In this document: positions 12,022 through 25,038 of the stretch, in pieces
How the letters are laid out: each line of letters opens with the position of its first letter
Position numbering within the stretch: the first letter of the stretch is position 1
Assembly (NCBI RefSeq): GCF_006345805.1
Contig: NC_043002.1
Location: 9,052,001 to 9,116,000 of the forward strand
DNA: 64,000 bases
Direction of reading: 5' to 3'
From: Octopus sinensis
Lineage: Eukaryota
Program-made: the position numbers and the translations under genes
The notes under the pieces: generated by a model
Told to the model about the DNA's origin: nothing
The model's input: the letters and a program-made list of their open reading frames with translations, nothing else
Database searches by the model: none

Positions 12022-12762
12022 TGACGCCAACAACCCCAGCACCAGCACTATGGCTGGAGGTGACAACCACACTGACACCAGCAGCGCATGCGAGGCTATC
12101 GGTCCCACGTCCAATATTACCAACAACGGCACCCACATCACCATCGGTGACAGTAGCATCAATGCCATGGCCAGGGATGACCATCATAACGACGACAGCC
12201 GTAGCAATATCACCGGGCCCACGCCTCGTAATGCCATCACCAATGGCAACACCGGCAGCAACATCTCCAGGTCCGGATCCAACTGAAGATGTGAGCACAA
12301 CCAACACCTAAGCCTGGAAATATATCGAGTCGGCTCGGATGGCCGTCAAGTGACGCCTGTACAACTACAGTTCTTCTTTCTGGATTCCGGAAAGACGATT
12401 CATCACGTCCCTGATCAGCCACGAGTGAAGGAACTTCATTCGATATCAAGCAGAAGATCTTAGAGCAGCTGGAACATTCGCGGGAGCAAGGATACTTAAA
12501 GATTCCCTGAAACCTGGATCACTAAACACTCGCCAGGAAATTTATGGCCCTTGCATCCATTTCAAACATTACCTGCTGCAAGCATGGGATTCCCCGTTCT
12601 CTGATTAGACCCGGAAGGATCCTTGCAAGCCTAGTACTTATTCTATTAGTCTCTTTTGCCAAACCGCTAAGTTACGTGGACATAAACACACCAACATCGA
12701 TTATTAAGTGATAGTGGGAGGAGACACAGACACACAAACATACACGCACGCATGCATATATA

Positions 12763-12894
<132 letters not shown>

Positions 12895-13104
12895 TAGTAA
12901 AAAGTGAAATTTGAAAAGCTGAACGCGAAACCGGTCATTTCTTCAAAAATTATGTCATTGTATGAAAAAAATTTATAACATTCTTCTGACATAATGACTC
13001 AAATATATATTTTTTAACCTTTTAAAACAAGCCTTCTGTAGTTTTTTCCCTTTTCACTATTTTCTATATATTCAACCACGTGCTTTCACACACCAACTTT
13101 CTCA

Positions 13105-13139
<35 letters not shown>

Positions 13140-13188
13140 GACGAACTTCTTTACACGTGATTTCGAACACTGTTCATTATGTGTGTGT

Positions 13189-13245
<57 letters not shown>

Positions 13246-14223
13246 AAATGAAATGAGACAACAACGCTAAGGCTGTGTGGCATTTATAAAACATTTATAA
13301 AGAGAAAGGTAGTATTACAGTTGTTTCTGGTATATATATATGTGTATATGTACTTGTATTTGTATGTGCATATACATATATATATATGTGTATATGTACA
13401 TGTATATGTATGTATATATATATATGCATATAGGTAGGTAAGTATGCGATCCTATATGAATAGTGCATATACACATTTATATGTATGTCTGCGCATCTTT
13501 TTTTCTCATCAGCCCCCCCCCCATCACTTTAGCCAGTACAATAAATACCTACGTCTATTTTTAGAAACTTCACCATTATACCTTATTATTCTTTCCTTCC
13601 TTTTGGCGATTTATTACTCCCTTTAGTACACCCCACTGTACCATTTTCTTTACCCATCTCTCCACCTAAGTACCTTTCAAACATATCACCCCACCTCCCA
13701 CATATTCCTTCTTCACATTCTTATCCATCCTTCTATCCCTCCCCCTGTTCCTTTTATCTTGATAGCTCTCTCATCCCCCTCTAAATATCTTGACCACCAT
13801 CTAGCACTCCTTTTTCATATTTTCTTCTTTCTTTCTTCTTTCCTCCCTTATTCCTTTTGACTAATACCATTCTCCTCCTAACATGCATATCTCTTCTCTT
13901 CCCTTCTCTCTATCTACTTATCCCTACCTGTACGTTCTCAAAATTCTATCCACACCACAAGATCCCTTTGAATGAAGAGCACATGGAATTTATGTCTCAA
14001 CACTATCCATGTGTAATAAAATATGAACTCCTAACGGAATCTACATACACTGGACACGAAGCATTTCTACCCATTCTACACAGCACTTTCCTTGGATAAT
14101 GGAACTACAACGGTAACATCCTACATATATTTTTATTTTTTATACTTCTTATATCTATCCTTTTCCAAAATATCTCATTATATTGAAGTCTACTATTTCT
14201 CTCTTAGTTAACTCTCCCATATC

Positions 14224-14271
14224 GTCTCTGATGAAAGGATATCCCTAAAATCCCAGAAACAGCTGTAAGAC
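14224..14271 (+). ncRNA. Minimal type I hammerhead ribozyme motif, stem II base decayed
   Basis: GTCT-CTGATGA-A..GGAT/ATCC..-GAAAC-AGCT-GTA-AGAC: stem I GTCT/AGAC, palindromic stem III loop, GUA site. Confidence 0.6.
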
Positions 14272-14498
14272 AACCTTTCTCTTTATAAATGAACCTATAA
14301 ATTCGACATAGCCTTGGCTTTGTTGTCTCATTTTATTTGACATATACATGGTCACACAAGACCTGCATTAGATTCCTCACTCGTATTATTAACGAACCGA
14401 GAGTCTAACTACGGTCCACCCGTGGCATTTACATAGCGTTACCTGCCATCTTGAGTCTTCTGGATACCAATACCCCTCATATATATATATATACATAT

Positions 14499-14533
<35 letters not shown>

Positions 14534-14534
14534 T

Positions 14535-14570
<36 letters not shown>

Positions 14571-14610
14571 GTAGATAGGTAGATAGGTAGATAGATAGAT
14601 AGATAGACAG
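14499..14610. repeat. (GATA)n/(GGTA)n microsatellite
   Basis: Direct reading. Confidence 0.95.
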
Positions 14611-14765
14611 ACAGAAAGACAGATAAAACTTACTTGGAAATGGATGCATGGCGTTCAATCATATAATAATATAAATAATATATATATAAAGGCGGTGCTC
14701 CATAAAGGCGGTGCTCCAGCATGGCCGCAGTCAATGACTGAAACAAGTAAAAGAGAGTAAAAGAG

Positions 14766-14815
<50 letters not shown>

Positions 14816-15647
14816 TATATATATATATATATTATATATATATATATATATATGCATATATACATACATATATGTACATGCTTACATATATATGTATATA
14901 CATATGCATATATGGGTACAGGACATCAAAGAACGTAAACAACATGAAATACGAAAACGACAGGAAATACGAAATTCTTTTCCTTTCCCCTTCGCCGTTC
15001 CTCTCTCCTGCACCGTTCTCTGTCTGCCTCATTCTCTCCCTCACTCTTCCTCCTTTGCTCTCTCGTTGCTCGCCCATGACCATCGGCCATCTTTCTTTTC
15101 CTAACTTGAGTTTCTTTCCTTCCGATCAGCGGCAGAGATCAGACACATTCTTGTCTGTCTCCTGTCAAAGCTTGTTCCTTCAGCGTTCACCACCTCATTA
15201 AGGCTTAGCAGCTCTTTCTGATTGTTTCTCTGTCCTGTTTTTGTTACCAACTTTGACCCTACGCAAAATCCCAAATTCTATTTAATTTGCTTTGCGGGAG
15301 CAACTGTTTTGTCGAAGACGTATCTTGTGAATTGATCGAAATAGAGAGTCGAAAAACAGCCGACAACTGATGAAGGGTCGTTCTTTATGTTGCTTGTCTT
15401 GTTATCCGTTTGTTTCTTTCGTTATTCGCAAAAAATTATTCATATTCCATGTTTTTGTATTTCATGCTGTTTACGTTCAATGATAGCCTGTACCGATATA
15501 TGCATATATATATTAGTTATATGTACACACACACACACACGTGTGTGTGTGTGTGTGTGTGACTTTATTACCTTCCCAAGCGTCAAACTAATACACCTGC
15601 TTGTTGTTCAGACACATGTCTTCATCTTTTGTGGTTGTATAAATTTC

Positions 15648-15699
<52 letters not shown>

Positions 15700-15864
15700 C
15701 TTTACTACCCACAAAGGGCTAAACACAGAGAGGACAAACAAGGACAGACAAACGGATTAAGTCGATTACATCGACCCCAGTGCGTAACTGGTACTTAATT
15801 TATCGACCCCGAAAGGATGAAAGGCAAAGTCTACCTCGGCGGAATATATATATATATATAATAT

Positions 15865-15912
<48 letters not shown>

Positions 15913-16059
15913 GAAATGAAGAAAATGCTGACAAAATAATTTAAGTAAGGGAGAGTGTATTTAATTAGGTGAAAGTTCTTTTTACCGGTTGCGCATTTGT
16001 TATGCTTATCAAAAGATATTTTTTTAAGAGAGATAGACTTCCTTTCTGATAGATTTTTT

Positions 16060-16105
<46 letters not shown>

Positions 16106-16124
16106 ATATATATAATATAAAATT

Positions 16125-16174
<50 letters not shown>

Positions 16175-16176
<2 letters not shown>

Positions 16177-16502
16177 AAGGGGTAAAGACCCTCTTCGGTC
16201 ATGTGTGACCATGGGTTTGCACCTAGAGAGATACCCTCTGAGGCACAAGTCTGAGCAAGGTTGTTTTTATGGAAGACCAGCAGTCGCCCATGCATACCGG
16301 CCTCCCCTCTCCACGGGAAAGACAAAGGTCGATACAGCTTGGCACCAGTGACGTCGCAACTCATTTCTACAGCTGAGTGAACTGGAGCAACGTGAAATAA
16401 AGTGCCTTGCTCGAGAACACAACACGCAGCCCGGTCCGGGATTCGAACTCACAACCTCACGATCGTAAGCTCGACGCTCTAACCACTGAGCCATGCGCCT
16501 CC
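16175..16502 (-). mobile_element. tRNA(Arg)-like SINE, family D, near full length
   Basis: GGAGGCGCATGGCTCAGTGGTTAGAGCG..CTTACGATC..GAGTTCGAATCCC: intact A and B boxes, followed by a non-tRNA body. Confidence 0.85.
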
Positions 16503-16883
<381 letters not shown>

Positions 16884-18214
16884 AATAAAAAGTACAAGGA
16901 AAAACGCAAAAACGAACCACAACGTGAGGACGTGGTACATGCAAAGTATTAGCAGACGCTCAGGGAAGGAAAAGCTCTACGTCAGAATCAGGAAACGGAA
17001 GAAAGTCCAAGAGAAAAGGAAGACGAAAAAGAAAATCGGCAGCGATCCACATCTGGTTACATTTTAAACTTTTTCATTTATCGCTTATTTTCTTAAATTA
17101 TATCTGACAAATATATTAAAAGATAAATAATACATTTTAAGTTCATTCCAATTACATTTAAAAGCACAGTTTTGATTGAATAGTACTACTTCAAAAGATT
17201 TTTTTTGTTATGCTTGCGTATATTAACGTAGTGTTTTCAAATGTTTTGATTTGCAGCATAGAATTTCTTCAGGTCCCGCTTGTTATTATCATTGTAGTTG
17301 TTAAGTGAGATGACTAAGCATCAAACAACATGCTATGCAATATTTGTTTCGGCTTTTATGTTCTGAGTTCAAATCGCGTTGAGGTCAGCCATTCTTCCGT
17401 TTGAGAGTCGATAAAATGATTCATCAGATAATACTTGACTTGAGATACTCCCTCAAATCAGAAATTATTATTGTGGTTGCTGTTACTGGTTCTATTCTCT
17501 TTCTTATTTAGTCGATTAGGGAAGGACAACATCTATGACACTTTAATTTTTCAGGGCCACCGATATAGGTGGTAGAAAGGGAAGTTATCTTCAAACTCAA
17601 AACCTTGTCTAAATGTTTGCATTAGAGTGAACACTGTTAAAGACATCCAAGGACCAGCTGGTAGTATTAGATCAAGCGACCAATTAATTTTTTCCACCTA
17701 AGAATTCAGAATGCGAAGAGTCGGAACAAATGCCGCGTCTTGTTAAACAATTCTGCCAATTTACTGAAAGGGTGTAAGTTAATGTTGGCCCCATCAGAAT
17801 TTGAACTCCAAGCACAGACAATGCACTTTATCCTCAACTCAAACAGCTTTGCCAGTTCGTCAACTCTTATTGCTTACATTAAGTATACTGTAGTCTACAG
17901 ACTCGTGAAGCTGCAGCCTTGTGTCTTTTAAAGACATTCAAGCCGACACTATAAGACTCGTCCCTTGAACGGAATAAAAATACAACTGGAACTCATTTTC
18001 AGCTGAGTGTACTAGAACAACAAGACATTAAGGGCCTTGCTCAAAAACACAACACACCTACGGTCCGAGAATTGGACCCCTAACCGTCACACGCCTTCGT
18101 AATGTAGTTAAACGTTAAAAAAGGTCTTGATTAGAATCTCTTTGGTCATAGGTCGACTTAATAACGGATAACCTGAAGACAAAAGATAACAGTAATGTGT
18201 GTATAGTTTCATTT

Positions 18215-18545
18215 GTGGCACTCCGTCGGTTACGACGAGGGTTCCAGTTGATCCGATCAACAGAACAACATGTTCGTGAAATTAACGTGCAAGTGGCTGA
18301 GCACTCCACAGACACGTATACTCCTTAATGTAGTTCTCGGAGAGATTCAGCGTGACACAGTGTATGACAAGGCTGGCCCTTTGAAATGCAGGTACGACAG
18401 AAACAGGACGAAAGAATGAGAGAAAGTTGTGGTGAAAGAGTACAGCAGGATTCACCACCCCCACCCCCTGCCGGAGCCTCATGGAGCTTTAATTGTTTTC
18501 GCTCAATAAACACAACGCCCGGTCTGGGAATCGAAACCGCGAGTC
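18215..18545 (-). mobile_element. tRNA-SINE, family D-related (same head as the pseudo-LTRs, ordinary tail)
   Basis: Shares GTTTCGATTCCCAGACCGGGCGTTGTG..AAAAC..AAAGCTCCA..GGCTCCGGCAG with 10332-10716, then diverges to the tail GATCAACTGGAACCCTCGTCGTAACCGACGGAGTGCC. Confidence 0.8.
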
Positions 18546-18717
18546 CGTTGCCTCCACATAGTTTTATTAATCATTGATTAAACAATGCTTACACTGATAG
18601 AACTAAATCGAAACTATAATATAGAGTACAGTTTTGTTTTTCAAGGAATTTAAAGACATTGTAAATGAGAAGTGTCAATATATTTTTAATCAGACAGAAT
18701 AATATAAGAAGTGATTA

Positions 18718-18939
18718 CCCTTTCGTTACCAACCCGGCTGAAACCGGCTCTGGCTCTGTAGTAGAAATGTCTTGTTTTCATAAGTTTTGAATTAAAATCT
18801 TCCACTAATCCTTAATCACAATTTACGTTCCTAACAGTAGCTTAATGATAACTAAGTTATTTTACTAAATTCTTTGTTATATTTAAAATTAATTGAAAGA
18901 AACACAGAACATCTCAAAATAAATACAGTAACGAAAGGG
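18718..18939 (+). mobile_element. piggyBac-type TTAA MITE family 1 (copies 29295-29517 +, 43495-43716 -)
   Basis: TIR CCCTTTCGTTAC/GTAACGAAAGGG, TTAA at the right (left TTAC), three copies. Confidence 0.85.
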
Positions 18940-19654
18940 TTAAATGACAAGTCTCAGCAGTATTTCAGACTTTCTCGGAACTTATCACAACTCAACTGCG
19001 AAAAGGCCAGTGTATGGTTACTCGGCATTCTAAAAATAGCCATGTCTCCCTCAAACTACACCAACTTTTTAAAATGTCACAGTAGAAAATTCCGTATAAA
19101 ACAGACGAGGTGATCAAAGTTGAAATACCTTTAATCATAGATTTGCTAATAAAATTTTATTTTAAAGTTGGGAGGGGAACTAACTTTTTGCTTCTGTGTT
19201 GCAGGATAAGTTCGTTGAAAACTTCACTTAAGATCACTTTCTTTTTAATCTGTTAGGAGTTTGATTGATTAGTCGAGGTATTCGCATTCAAGCTTTTATT
19301 AATGAAGTTATATGCCTTTTGCAAAACAATGCCAACTTATCTGGGGATCGAAATTAGCCCAAAATTAAACTTTTCACGCCTTGCAGTTTTAGCGTGCAGT
19401 GATAGTCAAAGGGAGGCAACTTTCTAAACTTGATCAGCCGTTATGATTAGCCTTTGGTCTACCAGAGAAAATCGATGTCACTAATTATAATTAGTAATTA
19501 CCAACAGGAACCGATGGACCCAATATTTTTCTTTTAATTAAATTTTATTCAAACTACCCCTATTTCTTAGCTATATTACATATGCTGTCAGATGAATGAC
19601 GAATTACAGCTTACAGAATATATTATAAATTTTTAAAATTACGAAAATACAGAA

Positions 19655-21346
19655 TTACAGTTCTTCCTGGCAGTGAATGCAGACAACATTGGAATATTCT
19701 TGGCAAACATGGATATTACAATTCTTACATGTAGTACGTGTTTTCCTGTCTTTTGGGGGACCACACAAAGAACATCTTCCTTTTTTCTTTGGCTGAGGAA
19801 TCTCAAATGAAATTGAAGATCATCTTCTTTTATTGTTAGTTTGAGAACTGTTAGTGAAACTTAGAAAATTGTTTGTCATGTTCTTGTTTAGCATCAACTC
19901 CAGCAAGTTCCTTTCCTAACTGAATTAGGCACTGTCTCCTTTTATCTTTGAAACTTTGCAAGTGAAGCTGTTTAGAAAACAATGAAAGCATTCACTGCAC
20001 TTCTATCAATCATGTCGTAGAATATAACCATAGGCCATCGTCGAGCCATTCTTTTGCAAGCGCATGACCATACCATCTTATCTGGGGTATCTACTCCTCC
20101 TTTTGTTTTGTTGCAACATGTAATAACTTCAGGTTTCTTTTCAGCACATTTTGAATCATAAATATTGTACTCATAAATATGACTAAATAAGTTTTCTTGG
20201 GACAATAAAATAAGATCATAGAATCCTTTTGAAATCCAAATATTCTGCTGTTGATTTCTCTTTCTTTTCCATTTGTGAAAGTGCTTGGAAGCTCAACTCA
20301 GTTCTTTCTAAAGTAGTTTTCTCGCTAAGCAGCTTTCGAGCCAATCCTAGACTTTAAAAATATTATCATAAGTTATATTGCAACCAGTATTTTCAAGTTC
20401 TTTCACAAGGTCTTCAACAGCTCTTGAACTTTGATTTGTCTCTCTCCCTTTTACTGGGTCTTTTCCAGTGTAGATTTGCATTTTCCAGGCATAAGATGTT
20501 TCACTGTTGCATATTGCCCAAATTTAAATTCCATATTTCCCTGGTTTCGAAGGAATATATACCAGGAATGGGTTAGTGCCCTCTGAATGAAACTAATTGT
20601 TCATCAACTGTCATGCATGAACTTGGATCATATCCATCTTGCAAATTCTGACTCAACATTTCAAATACTTCTCTCACAGGCTCCAATTTATCATCAATTC
20701 TCTTTTTTCTTCTTGCACCAGCATCATCAAAATGCAATACTTGTAAAATCTGTTAAAATCTTCCCTGGCTCATAAGTTTGTTGAATATTGGGCAGCCATC
20801 TTCTTGACTCCATAACTGTGTGATATTTTCATGTTTAGAATAATCACCTACAAGAATAATCAGTCCAGTGAATTTCTTTAGTTCAGAGTAATCAATTTCC
20901 TTCCATTTATCTTCATAAGCAACCTGATCTTCAACATTTGTCCATTTACGAATTACTTCAAGAAGATTCTGGCACAGAAAGATAGAAAAACATATCTCAA
21001 TGTTATCGCAAGACCTTTTAGCAAAGTGTGATGGTCCACATTCTTGGCACACAATATTGCAAGATGAAATTCTTACTGCTGCCTGAGTAAGAGGATTAGA
21101 ATGCCAAACTTCTTGTCTGTCCCTAGAAACATATTGCTCATTCATAATTGGGTGGCTTGCAGATAATTGTTTTTGAGTATCTTCATCATCTAATGACACA
21201 GAACCTAAACTATCTAGCACACAATCACTTTCACCATCATCTTCAGAGTAACAGAAGGAATCGCTACTATCTTCTTCCCATTCTTCATCTAATTCCAATA
21301 ACCTTTTTGATATTTGGTCTTCACTCAAGTTTTCCCGTCTAGGCAT
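19655..21346 (-). pseudogene. piggyBac (PGBD4-like) transposase, degraded by stops and frameshifts
   Basis: Acidic N-terminus MPRRENLS..; VDEQL..SKPGKYGI..YTGKDP; TYDNIF; NKTKGGVD..RRWPMVIF; C-terminal CSLC..CKNC..C..C cysteine-rich domain. Confidence 0.92.
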
Positions 21347-21416
21347 ATTGGAAAGCACAACTGAACTGTATGAAACTTGATAGCAGACTAAAGGCAGATA
21401 TTGCTCTTTCACATAT

Positions 21417-21683
21417 TTATACTCTCCTGAAAGATGATACAATATATTCTAAGAATTTTTCGGTTGACATTTTAAACCTCAGAGCGTGCCTGCAGGAATT
21501 TAAGAGTTCACATCTCTGGTTCAATGCATGTTTATCCTGGAACAAGATAAAGAACTTTCCTGAGAAGCAACGATATTCTTGTGAACTGTCTATTTGCACT
21601 TTAGCTCTATAAACTATTCCTTTTCCAAGTGCAAATAGACTAACAAGAATATAAAACTTACACCAGGGTTTCTGAAAATTCAT
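21417..21683 (-). mobile_element. PLE GIY-YIG endonuclease C-terminal fragment (internally deleted)
   Basis: GIVYRAKV..KFFILFQDKHALNQRCELLNSCRHALRF. Confidence 0.75.
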
Positions 21684-21744
21684 TCAAGACTAAGTTTTAT
21701 TCCCATCAAAATTCTTTCCGATACTCTGAGAATAGGACAGGAAT

Positions 21745-21961
21745 AAGTCTAGTAAAACACTGAAAGAGAATGATACCTGTCCTTTCAATATCAGCTGGAC
21801 AATTTTGGAAAAAGCACCAACATATAAACTTATGAAATGTATTCTTTGCCTCTCAGAAAAGTTCTTCACCCTGTTCCAGGATAAACATGCTTTGAAGCAG
21901 AGACATGAATGCTTAAATTCCTGCAGATACGCTACAAGGTTTCAAATGTCAACCGAAAAAT
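21745..21961 (+). mobile_element. PLE GIY-YIG endonuclease C-terminal fragment
   Basis: LKENDTCPFNISWTILEKAPTYKLMKCILCLSEKFFTLFQDKHALKQRHECLNSCRY. Confidence 0.8.
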
Positions 21962-22690
21962 ACCATATAGATAAGAATTTTTGACTTCTTTCCCTTTCTT
22001 TTTTATTTCTTCCACCACTTCTTTCTTCTTTTCCTTTTTCTTTCTCCCACCATTTATGATTTTCTGATTTTCTTTTCGTTTTCTTTCTCTATCTTGTAAC
22101 AACTAAGTTGTATATTTGAAACACACACAGAGAAATAGGTGTGTATATTTATGTATGTGGATACACTGGTACGGGAACAAAATTTGCTTAGAGGATGCAA
22201 ACCCAGGCCCAAAAATATTATGTGTATATTTATGTACATGGATACCCATATATGCATTTGTATATATTTATGTTTTCCCTGTATAGGTTTGTATATGTAT
22301 GTGGCTATGTTCCAACACTTGTATGTTTAGTGTATATATGTATGTATATAGGCTTTTTAGTATGTGTATGTATTTCTGAATGCATATGTATTTTATGATG
22401 TTAGTTCTTTGTAAATATTTTAATTTTAAATGGATATATCTTTTAATCTATTTAAATGTATTATTTTTTACCATTAATTATTTACCCTGGGTCTACAGGT
22501 CTTTTTTCCTTCTATATAAGCTATTTTTTGATGTAAGGTTTTCTTCGATTTTTATAATATGATTTTAAACCATAATTGTAATTTCATATAACCAATTATT
22601 GAAAAAAAACCATTAGTTGAAAGGACCAATGAAACAAAACCATTTTCAAAAGTGTATCTACCAAAGTAATTGTATATTCATGCATATAAT

Positions 22691-22749
22691 GCTTACAGCC
22701 ATATCACGTTGAAAGCACCGGTTCTTGTCCAATCACCGAAGTTAAGCAA
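22691..22749 (+). pseudogene. 5S rRNA 5' half (about nt 1-59), fused to a SINE-like tail
   Basis: GCTTACAGCCATATCACGTTGAAAGCACCGGTTCTTGTCCAATCACCGAAGTTAAGCAA matches the invertebrate 5S 5' end including box A. Confidence 0.85.
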
Positions 22750-22984
22750 AATGGCAGTGCATCAGCATGGCTGCAGCTCTGAGCCGAAACTACAGAAAAA
22801 AAAACCCTTATTTTGCTCCATTCTAAACCAAAACTGTCCAACAAATGGGAACGTGAAACTCTGAGTAACAATTTTTGTGATGTCTTTGCAGCTTTATTAA
22901 TAAAGCATATTACTCTACCTCTGGTAACCAATTAATATTCTTTCCACCTTGTTTTGCATTTATGTGCTTACTCTGGTATATATA

Positions 22985-23475
22985 TAGGTTCTGAGAACAT
23001 AATTCAGACAAATGATGAGTATCAAAGTGTCCCCTTGTAGCACCACTGCAACAATTTCAAAGAAATCTATTTTGCTATCTGGCACCTGTGCCAGTGGCAT
23101 GTGTAAAAAGATTCGAGTGAGGTCATTGCCAGTACCGCCTGGCTGGCCCCCGTGCCAGTGGCACGTAAAAAGCACCGACTACACTCTCGGAGTGGTTGGC
23201 ATTATAGGAAGGGCATCCAACTGTAGAAACTCTGCCAAATCAAGATTGGAGCCTGGTGCAGCCATCTGGTTTGCCAGCCCTCAGTCAAAATGGTCCAACC
23301 CATGCCAACATGGAAAGCGGACGTTAAATGATGATGATGATGATGATGAGATCATACCATTGAATGTGTTTTTGTAGAGCATCATAATGGCTTTTACTGT
23401 TTCATTTGGAATACCATATACTAGCAGTACTTTTGCCATTTGACCTCCATGAATCAAATCAAATGCTTTGGAGAA
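22985..23475 (-). mobile_element. RTE-clade LINE RT fragment interrupted by a family B repeat (23085-23347, +)
   Basis: FSKAFDLIHGGQM..YGIP..YKNTFNGMIS|insertion|PDSKIDFFEIVAVVLQGDTL. Confidence 0.8.
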
Positions 23476-23849
23476 AACCAATGAACAACAGAGTAGCATT
23501 TAGATTTATAAATTATGGAACTCTTAAATTCATAGGAAGAAAAAAACTGAGAAGTTATGGTCAAGATGATTATTTTCCTGCATATTTTACAATAATAAGT
23601 GACATCATTTTGGTGATGCTGGATGCTGAGTTCTTATTACTGAGATTTCATTATTACAACATGTTATGCATTCCTACAAAAACAGTGGCCAATGAAAGGA
23701 CGTCTATATGGTTGCTTGACTTGTTAGACTTAGCAGCCAAATCTCGTTCAAATCACACCTTACTCATCATTATCATCCTCATCGTTTAACGTCCACTTTC
23801 CATGCTAGCATGGGTTGGACCTTACTGGCTTTAAAAAATGAATTCATTT

Positions 23850-24207
23850 GATATGCCAGCGCCGCCTCAACTGGCTTCTGTGCCGGTGGCACATAAAAGC
23901 ACCATCCGAACGTGGCCGATGCCAGCGCCGCCTTGGCTGGCTTCCGTGCCGGTGGCACGTTAAAAGCACCAACCGATCGTGGCCGATGCTAGACATCCCC
24001 TGGTACCTGTGCAGGTAGCACGTAAAAAGCACCCACTACACTCACGAAGTGGTTGGCGTTAGGAAGGGCATCCAGCTGTAGAAACACTGCCAGATCAGAC
24101 TGAAGCCTGGTACAGCCCCTGGCTTCCCAGACCCCGGTTGAACCGTCCAACCCATGCTAGCATGGAAAGCGGACACTAAACGATGATGATGATGATGATG
24201 ATGATGA
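23850..24207 (+). mobile_element. Family B (GAT)n-tailed retroposon; further copies 27125-27383, 29850-30167, 35268-35737, 44075-44450, 46665-47010, 49755-50042, 63085-63297 (+), 41985-42232, 56030-56450 (-)
   Basis: Shared CACTACACTC..GAGTGGTTGGCGTTAGGAAGGGCATCCAGCTGTAGAAAC..CCAACCCATGCTAGCATGGAAAGCGGACGTTAAA(CGAT)(GAT)n. Confidence 0.9.
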
Positions 24208-25038
24208 ATGTGGTCCTGCATTGCCTAAAAAAGGACAGGGTGGTGATGGCTAAAATGCCTTTGGTTATAGGACCTTATCAATTTGAATTGAAAGGGAGTT
24301 AAACAATAACAATTTCAACAAAAACACAAGAGGAAGTTATTGACAAATAGTTTATTCAATGTTGTTATATATAAACAAAAACATAAAACATTTATAAATC
24401 ACAACCTTATGAAGCACAAAAATTGAAATGTAAAAAAAAGTACCAAAAATATATATATATATATATTGTAGAAACAAAGATTTCCAATTTTGTTTTCTCT
24501 CAAAATATTAGCAAAGCCATTATTGGCACCAATGAAAATTATTTTACATTGATTTGTTGTTTGTAATGAGCTTCTCTGTAATCATCCAACGAACACATTT
24601 GATGTAATTAGTAGCCAAACCTTTCAATAAACTTCCCTCTTGTTATCTTTAAAATGGTAATCACAGGTACTATATCCAAAATATTAAAGTAGTGTATGGC
24701 AGAGCATTAAAAAAAAAAAGCATGAACATTGCTAGAATACTAAACAAAACAGTGGAAAATGAGAAAAAAAAAACGTCAATATGGTTTAATATGAGTGTTA
24801 AAATCTAATACAAACATGGTATCATGCTCAACTTCACAGTTCACCGATAATATTTGGAAATTAAGAAAGAACTATTAAACATTAAAAGTTCAAGTTTTAA
24901 AAATGTTTTAGCACAATTCATGAGTGATATGTGACTTAAATTATCTGAATTATTGCAGTAACTATAGCAACCTTACTACTAAAGAATATATCAACTGCTA
25001 AAAGATTGCCAACTTGAACTATAACCAAAATTTTCACA

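Noticed and set aside
15362-15400. CTGATGAAGGG as a hammerhead core
   Set aside because: No matching stem II partner with GAAA downstream, and a permuted topology does not pair.
16430-16502. Functional tRNA gene (also heads at 2757, 10716, 11658)
   Set aside because: A and B boxes are present, but the acceptor and anticodon stems do not pair well and each continues into a shared SINE body.
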